NCBI RefSeq assembly: GCF_009914755.1
Contig: NC_060939.1
From: the human T2T-CHM13v2.0 reference genome, Homo sapiens
DNA length: 64,000 nucleotides
Reading direction: 5' to 3' (one strand)
Shown here in pieces: positions 1 to 13,000 of this stretch. Both the position numbers and the translations under genes were made by a program. Under the pieces are notes generated by a model. It worked only from the letters and a program-made list of their open reading frames with translations. It did no database searches and had not been told where the DNA came from. How positions within the stretch are numbered: the first letter of the stretch is position 1; every line of letters begins with the position of its first letter.

Positions 1-3000
1 CTCTGCCTACGATGGCATTGTGACATATCTCTGCACTAATCATTAAAGTGATGTAACACTTGTCTAGGATCTGCCTAAATTAACTTTGTGACATAACCCT
101 GTGCTGATCCTCCAGGTGATGGGGCTTTTGTCTAGGCTCTGCCTAAGGGGGCATTATGACATATTTCTGCATTGATCACCCAGGTGGCGAACTGTTTTCT
201 TGAATCTGCCTATGCGGGCATTGTGACAAATCTCTGCACTGATCACCCAGGTGACGTAACTGTTGTGTAACCTCTGTCTACAGGGGAATTGTGAGAGATC
301 TCGCCACTGATCACCCAAGTGATGTAACCATTGTCTAGGCTTTGCGTATAGGGGGCTTTGTGACATACCTTTGCACTGATCACCCAGGTGATGTAACACA
401 TCTACGTTCGGCCTAAAGGAGCTTTGTGACAAATCTCTGCACTGATCACTTAGGTGATGTAACACTTTTATAACCACTGCCTACAGGGAATTTTGACAAA
501 TCTGTACACTGATCACCTAGGTGATGTAACTCTTGTCTACCCTCTGTCCAACGGGGCATTGTGAAATATCTCTGCACTGATCACCCAGGTGATTCAACTC
601 TTGACTAGGATCTGCCTACAGAGGTTATTTTGAAATATCTCTGCACTGATAAACTAGGTGGTGTAACCCTTGTCCAAGCTCTGCCTTCAGGGGCGTTTTC
701 ACATATCCCTGAACTGATGACAGAGGTGATGTAACCCTTGCCTAGGCTTTGCCTACAGGGGACATTGGACATATATCTGCACTGATCTCCTAGGTGATGC
801 AACTCTGGCCTAGGCTTTGCCTACAGGGGACATTGTGACATATCTCTTCAATGATAACCCATGTGATGCAACTCTTGCCCAGGCTTTGCGTAGAGGGGAC
901 ATTGTGACATATCTCTGCACTGATCTCCCAGGTGCTGTAACTTTAGTCTTGGTTCTGGCTACACGGCATTGTGACATATCACTGCCCTGATCAACCAGGT
1001 GATATAACTCTTGTATAGGCTCTGCCTACAGGGGGCTTGTGACATATCTCTGCACTGATAACCCAGGTGATATAGCTCTTCTCTAGGATCTGCCTACAGG
1101 GTGCTTTGTGACATATGTCTGCACTGATCACTAAGGTGATCTAACTCTGGTCTAAGCTCTGCCTAAAGGGGCATTGTGACAGATCTCTGCACTGATCACT
1201 CAGGTGATGTAACTGTTGTCTAGGCTCTGCTTCAAGGGGCCTTGTCACATATCTCTGCACTGATCACCCAGGTGATGTAACTCTTGTCTAGGCTCTGCTT
1301 CCAGGGCATATTGTGACATATCTATGCACTGATCACCTTAGTGATGTAACACTTGTGTAGGCTCGGCCTACAGGGGAATCTTGACATATCTCCGCACTGT
1401 TAACCGAGGTGATTTTACTCTTGTCTAGGTTGTGCCCACAGGGGGATTGAGATATATCTCTGCACTGATCCCGAGGTGATCCAACTCTTGCCTGGTCTCT
1501 GCCTACTGGGGACTTTGTGACATATCTCTGCACTGATCTCCCAGGTGCTGCAACTGTATTCTAGGCTCCGGCTACACGACATTGTGACATATCACTGCAC
1601 TGATCACCCAGGTGATATAACTCTTGTCTAGGCTCTGCCTACAATGGTCTTGTGACATATCTCTGCACTGATCACCCAGGTGATATAACTATTCTCTAGG
1701 ATCTGACCACAGGGTGCTTTGTGACATATCCCTTGAATGATCACCCAGGAGATATACCACTTGCCAAGGCTCTGCCTACAGGGGCATTGCAATGTATCTC
1801 TGCATTGATCACCTAGGTTTGTAACTATTTTCTAGGATCTGCCTACAGGGTGCTTTGTGACGTATCCCAGCAAGGATTACCCAGGTGATGTACCGCTCAT
1901 CAAGGCTCTGCTACAGGCACATTGCGATGTATCTCTGCACTGATCACCTAGGTCATGTAACCTTTGTCTAGGCTCTGCCTACGATGGCATTGTGACATAT
2001 CTCTGCACTAATCATTAAAGTGATGTAACACTTGTCTAGGATCTGCCTAAATTAACTTTGTGACATAAACCTGTACTGATCATCCAGGTGATGGGGCTTT
2101 TGTCTAGGCTCTGCCTAAGGGGGCATTATGACATATTTCTGCATTGATCACCCAGGTGGCGAACTGATCTCTTGAATCTGCCTATGCGGGTATTGTGACA
2201 AATCTCTGCACTGATCACCCAGGTGACGTAACTGTTGTGTAACCTCTGCCTACAGGGGAATTGTGAGAGATCTCGCCACTGATCACCCAAGTGATGTAAA
2301 CATTGTCTAGGCTTTGCGTACAGGGGGCTTTGTGACATACCTTTGCACTGATCACCCAGGTGAGGTAGCACATCTACGTTCGGCCTAAAGGAGCTTTGTG
2401 ACAAATCTCTGCACTGATCACTTAGGTGATGTAACACTTTTATAAGCACTACCTACAGGGAATTTTGACAAATCTGTACACTGATCACCTAGGTGATGTA
2501 ACTCTTGTCTACCCTCTGTCCAACGGGGCGTTGTGAAATATCTCTGCACTGATCACCCAGGTGATTCAACTCTTGACTAGGATCTGCCTACAGAGGTTAT
2601 TTTGAAATATCTCTGCACTGATAAACTAGGTGGTGTAACCCTTGTCCAAGCTCTGCCTACCGGGGCGTTTTCACATATCCCTGAACTGATGACAAAGGTG
2701 ATGTAACTCTTGCCTAGACTTTGCCTACAGGGTACATTGGACATATATCTGCACTGATCACCCAGGTGATGCATCTCTGGCCTAGGCTTTGCCTACAGGG
2801 GACATTGTGAGATATCTCTTCAATGATCACCCATGTGATGCAACTCTTGCCTAGGCTTTCCCTACAGGGGACATTGTGACATATCTCTGCACTGATCACC
2901 CAGGTGATGTAACTCTTGTCTAGGCTCTGCTTCCAGGGCATATTGTGACATATCTATGCACTGATCACCTTAGTGATATAACAATTGTTTAGGCTCGGTC

Positions 3001-6000
3001 TACAGGGGAATCTTGACATATCTCTGCACTGTTAAGCGAGGTGATTTGACACTTGTCTCGGCTGTGCCCACAGGTGGATTCAGACATATCTCTGCACTGA
3101 TCCCGTGGTGATCCAACTCTTGCCTGGTCTCTGCCTACTGGGGACATTGTGACATGTCTCTGCACTGATCTCCCAGGTGCTGCAACTTTAGTCTAGGCTC
3201 TGGCTATACGACGTTGTGACATATCACTGCACTGATCACCTAGGTGATATAACTATTCTCTAGGATCTGACCACAGGGTTCTTTGTGACATATCCCTGCA
3301 ATGATCACCCAGGTGATATACCACTTGCCAAGGCTCTGCCTACAGGGGCATTGCAATGTATCTCTGCACTGATCACCTAGGTCTTGTTACTCTTTTCTAG
3401 GATCTGCCTACAGGGTGCTTTGTGACATATCCCAGCAAGGATTACCCAGGTGATGTACCGCCCATCAAGGCTCTGCCTACAGGCACATTGCGATGTATCT
3501 CTGCACTGATCACCTAGGTCATGTAACCTTTGTCTAGGCTCTGCCTACGATGGCATTGTGACATATCTCTGCACTAATCATTAAAGTGATGTAACACTTG
3601 TCTAGGATCTGCCTAAATTAACTTTGTGACATAACCCTGTACTGATCATCCAGGTGATGGGGCTTTTGTCTAGGCTCTGCCTAAGGGGGCATTATGACAT
3701 ATTTCTGCATTGATCACCCAGGTGGCGAACTGTTTTCTTGAATCTGCCTATGCGGGCATTGTGACAAATCTCTGCACTGATCACCCAGGTGACGTAACTG
3801 TTGTGTAACCTCTGTCTACAGGGGAATTGTGAGAGATCTCGCCACTGATCACCCAAGTGATGTAACCATTGTCTAGGCTTTGCGTATAGGGGGCTTTGTG
3901 ACATACCTTTGCACTGATCACCCAGGTGAGGTAACACATCTACGTTCGGCCTAAAGGAGCTTTGTGACAAATCTCTGCACTGATCACATAGGTGATGTAA
4001 CACTTTTATAACCACTGCCTAAAGGGAATTTTGACAAATCTGTACACTGATCACCTAGGTGATGTAACTCTTGTCTACCCTCTGTCCAACGGGGCATTGT
4101 GAAATATCTCTGCACTGATCACCCAGGTGATTCAACTCTTGACTAGGATCTGCCTACAGAGGTTATTTTGAAATATCTCTGCACTGATAAACTAGGTGGT
4201 GTAACCCTTGTCCAAGCTCTGCCTACAGGGGCGTTTTCACATATCCCTGAACTGATGACAGAGGTGATGTAACCCTTGCCTAGGCTTTGCCTACAGGGGA
4301 CATTGGACATATATCTGCACTGATCTCCTAGGTGATGCAACTCTGGCCTAGGCTTTGCCTACAGGGGACATTGTGACATATCTCTTCAATGATAACCCAT
4401 GTGATGCAACTCTTGCCCAGGCTTTGCGTAGAGGGGACATTGTGACATATCTCTGCACTGATCTCCCAGGTGCTGTAACTTTAGTCTTGGTTCTGGCTAC
4501 ACGGCATTGTGACATATCACTGCCCTGATCAACCAGGTGATATAACTCTTGTATAGGCTCTGCCTACAGGGGGCTTGTGACATATCTCTGCACTGATAAC
4601 CCAGGTGATATAGCTCTTCTCTAGGATCTGCCTACAGGGTGCTTTGTGACATATGTCTGCACTGATCACTAAGGTGATCTAACTCTGGTCTAAGCTCTGC
4701 CTAAAGGGGCATTGTGACAGATCTCTGCACTGATCACTCAGGTGATGTAACTGTTGTCTAGGCTCTGCTTCAAGGGGCCTTGTCACATATCTCTGCACTG
4801 ATCACCCAGGTGATGTAACTCTTGTCTAGGCTCTGCTTCCAGGGCATATTGTGACATATCTATGCACTGATCACCTTAGTGATGTAACACTTGTGTAGGC
4901 TCGGCCTACAGGGGAATCTTGACATATCTCCGCACTGTTAACCGAGGTGATTTTACTCTTGTCTAGGTTGTGCCCACAGGGGGATTGAGATATATCTCTG
5001 CACTGATCCCGAGGTGATCCAACTCTTGCCTGGTCTCTGCCTACTGGGGACTTTGTGACATATCTCTGCACTGATCTCCCAGGTGCTGCAACTGTATTCT
5101 AGGCTCCGGCTACACGACATTGTGACATATCACTGCACTGATCACCCAGGTGATATAACTCTTGTCTAGGCTCTGCCTACAATGGTCTTGTGACATATCT
5201 CTGCACTGATCACCCAGGTGATATAACTATTCTCTAGGATCTGACCACAGGGTGCTTTGTGACATATCCCTTGAATGATCACCCAGGTGATATACCACTT
5301 GCCAAGGCTCTGCCTACAGGGGCATTGCAATGTATCTCTGCATTGATCACCTAGGTTTGTAACTATTTTCTAGGATCTGCCTACAGGGTGCTTTGTGACG
5401 TATCCCAGCAAGGATTACCCAGGTGATGTACCGCTCATCAAGGCTCTGCTACAGGCACATTGCGATGTATCTCTGCACTGATCACCTAGGTCATGTAACC
5501 TTTGTCTAGGCTCTGCCTACGATGGCATTGTGACATATCTCTGCACTAATCATTAAAGTGATGTAACACTTGTCTAGGATCTGCCTAAATTAACTTTGTG
5601 ACATAAACCTGTACTGATCATCCAGGTGATGGGGCTTTTGTCTAGGCTCTGCCTAAGGGGGCATTATGACATATTTCTGCATTGATCACCCAGGTGGCGA
5701 ACTGATCTCTTGAATCTGCCTATGCGGGTATTGTGACAAATCTCTGCACTGATCACCCAGGTGACGTAACTGTTGTGTAACCTCTGCCTACAGGGGAATT
5801 GTGAGAGATCTCGCCACTGATCACCCAAGTGATGTAAACATTGTCTAGGCTTTGCGTACAGGGGGCTTTGTGACATACCTTTGCACTGATCACCCAGGTG
5901 AGGTAACACATCTACGTTCGGCCTAAAGGAGCTTTGTGACAAATCTCTGCACTGATCACTTAGGTGATGTAACACTTTTATAAGCACTACCTACAGGGAA

Positions 6001-7076
6001 TTTTGACAAATCTGTACACTGATCACCTAGGTGATGTAACTCTTGTCTACCCTCTGTCCAACGGGGCGTTGTGAAATATCTCTGCACTGATCACCCAGGT
6101 GATTCAACTCTTGACTAGGATCTGCCTACAGAGGTTATTTTGAAATATCTCTGCACTGATAAACTAGGTGGTGTAACCCTTGTCCAAGCTCTGCCTACCG
6201 GGGCGTTTTCACATATCCCTGAACTGATGACAAAGGTGATGTAACTCTTGCCTAGACTTTGCCTACAGGGTACATTGGACATATATCTGCACTGATCACC
6301 CAGGTGATGCATCTCTGGCCTAGGCTTTGCCTACAGGGGACTTTGTGAGATATCTCTTCAATGATCACCCATGTGATGCAACTCTTGCCTAGGCTTTCCC
6401 TACAGGGGACATTGTGACATATCTCTGCACTGATCACCCAGGTGATGTAACTCTTGTCTAGGCTCTGCTTCCAGGGCATATTGTGACATATCTCTGCACT
6501 GATCACCTTAGTGATATAACAATTGTGTAGGCTCGGTCTACAGGGGAATCTTGACATATCTCTGCACTGTTAAGCGAGGTGATTTGACACTTGTCTCGGC
6601 TGTGCCCACAGGTGGATTCAGACATATCTCTGCACTGATCCCGTGGTGATCCAACTCTTGCCTGGTCTCTGCCTACTGGGGACATTGTGACATGTCTCTG
6701 CACTGATCTCCCAGGTGCTGCAACTTTAGTCTAGGCTCTGGCTATACGACGTTGTGACATATCACTGCACTGATCACCTAGGTGATATAACTATTCTCTA
6801 GGATCTGACCACAGGGTTCTTTGTGACATATCCCTGCAATGATCACCCAGGTGATATACCACTTGCCAAGGCTCTGCCTACAGGGGCATTGCAATGTATC
6901 TCTGCACTGATCACCTAGGTCTTGTTACTCTTTTCTAGGATCTGCCTACAGGGTGCTTTGTGACATATCCCAGCAAGGATTACCCAGGTGATGTACCGCC
7001 CATCAAGGCTCTGCCTACAGGCACATTGCGATGTATCTCTGCACTGATCACCTAGGTCATGTAAGTTTTGTCTAGG
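1..7076 (+). repeat. Left domain: two near-identical copies of a 3538-bp super-unit (29-mer of 1972 bp plus 23-mer of 1566 bp)
   Basis: Marker AAATTAACTTT at 77, 2049, 3615, 5587, 7153 (spacings 1972, 1566, 1972, 1566). Near-identical ORF-track peptides are offset by 3538 (154/3692, 1333/4871, 2126/5664, 2577/6115). Confidence 0.92.
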
Positions 7077-10000
7077 CTCTGCCTACGATGGCATTGTGAC
7101 ATATCTCTGCCCTAATCATCCAAGTGATGTAACACTTGTCTAGGATCTGCCTAAATTAACTTTGTGACATAACCCTGTACTGATCATCCAGGTGATGGGG
7201 CTTTTGTCTAGGCTCTGCCTAAGGGGGCATTGTGACATATTTCTGCAACGATCACCCAGGCGGCGAACCCTTCTCTTGGATCTGACTAAGGGGGCATTGT
7301 GACAAATCTCTGCACTGATCACCCAGGTGACGTAACTGTTGTGTAACCTCTGAATACAGGGGAATTATGAGAGATCTCGCCACTGATCACCCAAGTGATG
7401 TAAACATTGTTTAGGCTTTGCGTACAGGGTCTTTGTGACATACCTTTGCACTGATCACCCAGGTGAGGTAACACATCTACGTTCGGCCTAAAGGAGCTTT
7501 GTGACAAATCTCTGCACTGATCCCTTAGGTGATGTAACACTTTTATAACCACTTCCTACAGGGAATTTTGACAAATCTGTACACTGATCACCTAGGTGAT
7601 GTAACACTTGTCTACCCTCTGTCCAACGGGGCATTGTGAAATATCTCTGCACTGATCACCCAGGTGATTCAACTCTTGACTAGGATCTGCCTACAGAGGT
7701 TATTTTGAAATATCTCTGCACTGATAAACTAGGTGGTGTAACCCTTGTCCAAGCTCTGCCTACAGGGGCGTTTTCACATATCCCTGAACTGATGACAGAG
7801 GTGATGTAACCCTTGCCTAGGCTTTGCCTACAGGGGACATTGGACATATATCTGCACTGATCTCCTAGGTGATGCAACTCTGGCCTAGGCTTTGCCTACA
7901 GGGGACATTGTGACATATCTCTTCAATGATCACCGATGTGATGCAACTCTTGCCCAGGCTTTGCGTAGAGGGGACATTGTGACATATCTCTGCACTGATC
8001 TCCCAGGTGCTGTATCTTTAGTCTAGGGTCTGGCTACACGGCATTGTGACATATCACTGCACTGATCAACCAGGTGATATAACTCTTTTATAGGCTCTGC
8101 CTACAGGGGACATTGTGACATATCTCTGCACTGATCTCCCAGGTGCTGTAACTTTAGTGTAGGGTCTGGCTACACGGCATTGTGACATATCACTGCACTG
8201 GTCAACCAGGTGATACAACTCTTTTATAGGCTCTGCCTACAGGGGGCTTGTGACATATCTCTGCACTGATCACCCAGGTGATATAGCTCTTTTCTAGGAT
8301 CTGCCTACAGGGTGCTTTGTGACATATCTCTGCACTGATCACTAAGGTGATCTAACTCTGGTCTAAGCTCTGCCTAAAGGGGCATTGTGAGAGATCTCTG
8401 CACTGATCACTCAGGTGATGTAACTGTTGTCTAGGCTCTGCTTCAAGGGGCCTTGTCACATATCTCTGCACTGATCACCCAGGTGATGTAACTCTTGTCT
8501 AGGCTCTGCTTCCAGGGCATATTGTGACATATCTATGCACTGATATCCTTAGTGATGTAACACTTGTGTAGGCTCGGCCTACAGGGGAATCTTGACATAT
8601 CTCCGTACTGTTAACCGAGGTGATTTAACTCTTGTCTAGGCTGTGCCCACAGGGGAATTGAGATATATCTCTGCACTGATCCCGAGGTGATCCAATTCTT
8701 GCCTGGTCTCTGCCTACTGGGGACATTGTGACATATCTCTGCACTGATCTCCCAGGTGCTGCAACTTTAGTCTAGGCTCTGGCTACACGACATTGTGACA
8801 TATCACTGCACTGATCACCCAGGTGATATAAATTTGTCTAGGCTCTGCCTACAATGGTCTTGTGACATATCTCTGCACTGATCACCCAGGTGATATAAGT
8901 ATTCTCTAGGATCTGACCACAGGTTGCTTTGTGACATATCCCTGCAATGATCAGCCAGGTGATATACCACTTGCCAAGGCTCTGCCTACAGGGGCATTGC
9001 AATGTATCTCTGCACTGATCACCTAGGTCTTGTAACTCTTTTCTAGGATCTGCCTACAGGGTGCTTTGTGACGTATCCCAGCAAGGATGACCCAGGTGAT
9101 GTACCGCTCATCAAGGCTCTGCCTACAGGCACATCACGATGTATCTCAGCACTGATCACCTAGGTCATGTAACCTTTGTCTAGGCTCTGCCTACGATGGC
9201 ATTGTGACATATCTATGCACTAATCATCCAAGTGATGTAACACTTCTCTAGGATCTGCCTAAATTAACTTTGTGACATAACCCTGTACTGATCATCCAGG
9301 TGATGGGGCTTTTGTCTAGGCTCTGCCTAAGGGGGCATTGTGACATATTTCTGCATTGATCACCCAGGTGGCGAACTCTTCTCTTGGATCTGCCTATGGG
9401 GGCATTGTGATAAATCTCTGCACTGATCACCCAGGTGACGTAACTGATGTGTAACCTCTGCCGACAGGGGAATTGTGAGACATCTCGCCACAGATCACCC
9501 AAGTGATGTAACCATTGTCTAAGCTTTGCGTACAGGCGGCTTTGTGACATACCTTTGCACTGATCACCCAGGTGATGTAACACATCTATGTTCGGCCTAA
9601 AGGAGCTTTGTGACATACCTCTGCACTGATCACTTAGGTGATGTAACACTTTTATAACCACTGACTACAGGGAACTTTGACAAATCTGTACACTGATCAC
9701 CTAGGTGACGTAAATCTTGTCTACCCTCTGTCCAACGGGTCATTGTGAAATATCTCTGCACTGATCACCCAGGTCATTCAACTCTTGACTAGGATCTGCC
9801 TACAGAGGTTATTGTGAAATCTCTCTGCACTGATAAACTAGGTGGTGTAACCCTTGTCCAAGCTCTGCCTACAGGGGCGTTTTCACATATCCCTGAACTT
9901 ATGACAGAGGTGATGTTACACTTGCCTAGGCTTTGCCTACAGGGGACATTGTACATATATCTGCACTGATCTCCCAGGTGATGCAACTCTGGCCTAGGCT

Positions 10001-13000
10001 TTGCCTACAGGGGACATTGTGACATATCTCTTCAATGATCACCCATGTGATACAACTCTTGCCTAGGCTTTGCTAAAGGGGCATTGTGACATATCTCTGC
10101 ACTGATCTCCCAGGTGCTGTAACTTTAGTCTAGGCTCTGGCTACACGGCATTGTGACATATCACTGCACTGATCAACCAGGTGATATAACTCTTGTATAG
10201 GCTATGCCTACAGGGGGCTTGTGACATATCTCTGCACTGATCACCCAGGTGATATAGCTATTCTCTAGGATCTGCCTACAGGGTGCTTTGTGACATATCC
10301 CTGCACTGATCACCCAGGTGATCTAACTCTGGTCAAAGCTCTGCCTAAAGGGGCATTGTGACAGATCTCTGCACTGATCACTCAGGTGATGTACCTGTTG
10401 TCTAGGCTCTGCTTCAAGGGGCCTTGTCACATATCTCTGCACTGATCACCCAGGTGATGTAACTCTTGTCGAGGCTCTGCTTCCAGGGCATATTGTGACA
10501 TATCTATGCACTGATCACCTTAGTGATGTAACACTTGTGTAGGCTCGGCCTACAGGAGAGTCTTGACATACCTCTGCACTGTTAACCGAGCGGATTTAAC
10601 CCTTGTCTAGGCTGTGCCCACAGGGGGATTGAGACATATCTCTGCACTGATCACGAGGTGATCCAAATCTTGCCTGGTCTCTGCCTACTGGGGACATTGT
10701 GACATATCTCTGTACTGATCTCCCAGGTGCTGCAACTTTAGTCTAGGCTCTGGCTACACGACATTGTGACATATCACTGCACTGATCACCCAGGTGATAT
10801 AACTCTTGTCTAGGCTTTGCCTACAATGGTCTTGTAACATATCTCTGCACTGATCACCCAGGTGATATAACTATTCTCAAGGATCTGACCACAAGGAGCT
10901 TTGTGACATATCCCTGCAATGATCACCCAGGTGATATACCACTTGCCAAGGCTCTGCATACAGGGGCATTGCAATGAATCTCTGCACTGATCACCTAGGT
11001 CTTGTAACTCTTTTCTAGGATCTGCCTACATGGTGCTTTGTGACGTATCCCAGCAAGGATTACCCAGGTGATGTACCGCTCATCAAGGCTCTGCCTACAG
11101 GCACATTGTGATGTATCTCTGCACTGATCACCAAGGTCATGTAATCTTTGTCTAGGCTCTGCCTATGATGGCATTGTGACATATCTCTGCACTAATCATC
11201 CAAGTGATGTAACACCTGTCTGGGATCTGCCTATATTAACTTTGTGACATAACCCTGTACTGATCATCCAGGTTATGGGACTTTTGTCTAGGCTCTGCCT
11301 AAGGGGGCATTGTGACATATTTCTGCATTGATCACCCAGGTGGCGAACTCTTCTCTTGGATCTGCCTAAGGGGCATTGTGACAAATGTCTGCACTGATCA
11401 CCCAGGTGACGTAACTGTTGTGTAACCTCTGCCGAAAGGGGAATTTTGAGAGATCTCGCCACTGATCACCCAAGTGATGTAACCATTGTCTAGGCTTTGC
11501 GTACAGGGGGCTTTGTGACATAACTTTGCACTGATCACCCAGGTAATGTAACACATCTATGTTCGGCCTAAAGGAGCTTTGTGACATATCTCTGCACTGA
11601 TCACTTAGGTGATGTAACACTTTTATAACCACTGCCTACAGGGAACTTTGACAAATCTGTACACTGATCACCTAGGTGACGTAACTCTTGTCTACCCTCT
11701 GTCCAACGGGTCATTGTGAAATATCTCTGCACTGATCACCCAGGTGATTCAACTCTTGACTAGGATCTGCCTACAGAGGTTATTGTGAAATCTCTCTGCA
11801 CTGATAACCTAGGTGGTGTAACCCTTGTCCAAGCTCTGCCTACAGGGGCGTTTTCACATATCCCTGAACAGATGACAGAGGTGATGTTACACTTGCCTAG
11901 GCTTTGCCTACAGGGGACATTGGACATACATCTGCACTGATCTCCCAGGTGATGCAACTCTGGCCTAGGCTTTGCCTACATGGGACGTTGTGACATATCT
12001 CTTCAATGATCACCCATGTGATGCAACTCTTGCCTAGGCTTTGCCTAAAGGGGACATTGTGACATATCTCTGCACTGATCTCCCAGGTTCTGTAACTTTA
12101 GTCTAGGCTCTGGCTACACGGCATTGTGACATATCACTGCACTGATCAACCAGGTGATATAACTCTTGTCTAGGCTCTGCCTACAGGGGGCTTGTGACAT
12201 ATCTCTGCAATGATCACCCAGGTGATATAGCTCTTCTCTAGGATCTGCCTACAGGGTGCTTTGTGACATATCCCTGCACTGATCACCCAGGTGACCTAAC
12301 TCTGGTCTAAGCTCTGCCTAAAGGGGCATTGTGACAGATCTCTGCACTGATCACTCAGGTGATGTAACTATTGTCTAGGCTCTGCTTAAAGGGGCCTTGT
12401 CACATATCCCTGCACTGATCACCCAGGTGATGTAACTCTTGTCTAGGCTCTGCTTCCAGGGCATATTGTGACATAACTATGCACTGATCACCTTAGTGAT
12501 GTAACACTTGTGTAGGCTCGGCCTACAGAGGAATCTTGACATATCTCTGCACTGTTAAACGAGGTGATTTAACTCTTGTCTAGGCTGTGCCCACAGGGGG
12601 ATTGAGACATATCTCTGCACTGATCCCGAGGTGATCCAACTCTTGCCTGGTCTCTGCCTACTGGGGACATGGTGACATATCTCTGCACTGATCCCCCAGG
12701 TGCTGCAACTTTAGTCTAGGCTCTGGCTACAAGGCTTTGTGACCTATCACTGCACTGATCACCCAGGCGATACAACTCCTGTCTAGGCTCTGCCTACAAT
12801 GGTCTTGTGACATATCTCTGCACTGATCACCCAGGTGATATAACTCTTCTCTAGGATCTGACCACGGGGTGCTTTGTGACATATCCCTGCAATGATCACC
12901 CAGGTGATATACCACTTGCCAAGGCTCTGTCTACAGGGGCATTGTAATGTATCTCTGCACTGATCACCTAGGTCTTGTAACTCTTTTCTAGGATCTGCCT

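Noticed and set aside
461-475. TATA-like TTTTATAA once per HOR
   Set aside because: It is a monomer variant with no supporting promoter context or downstream gene, and chance occurrence is sufficient.
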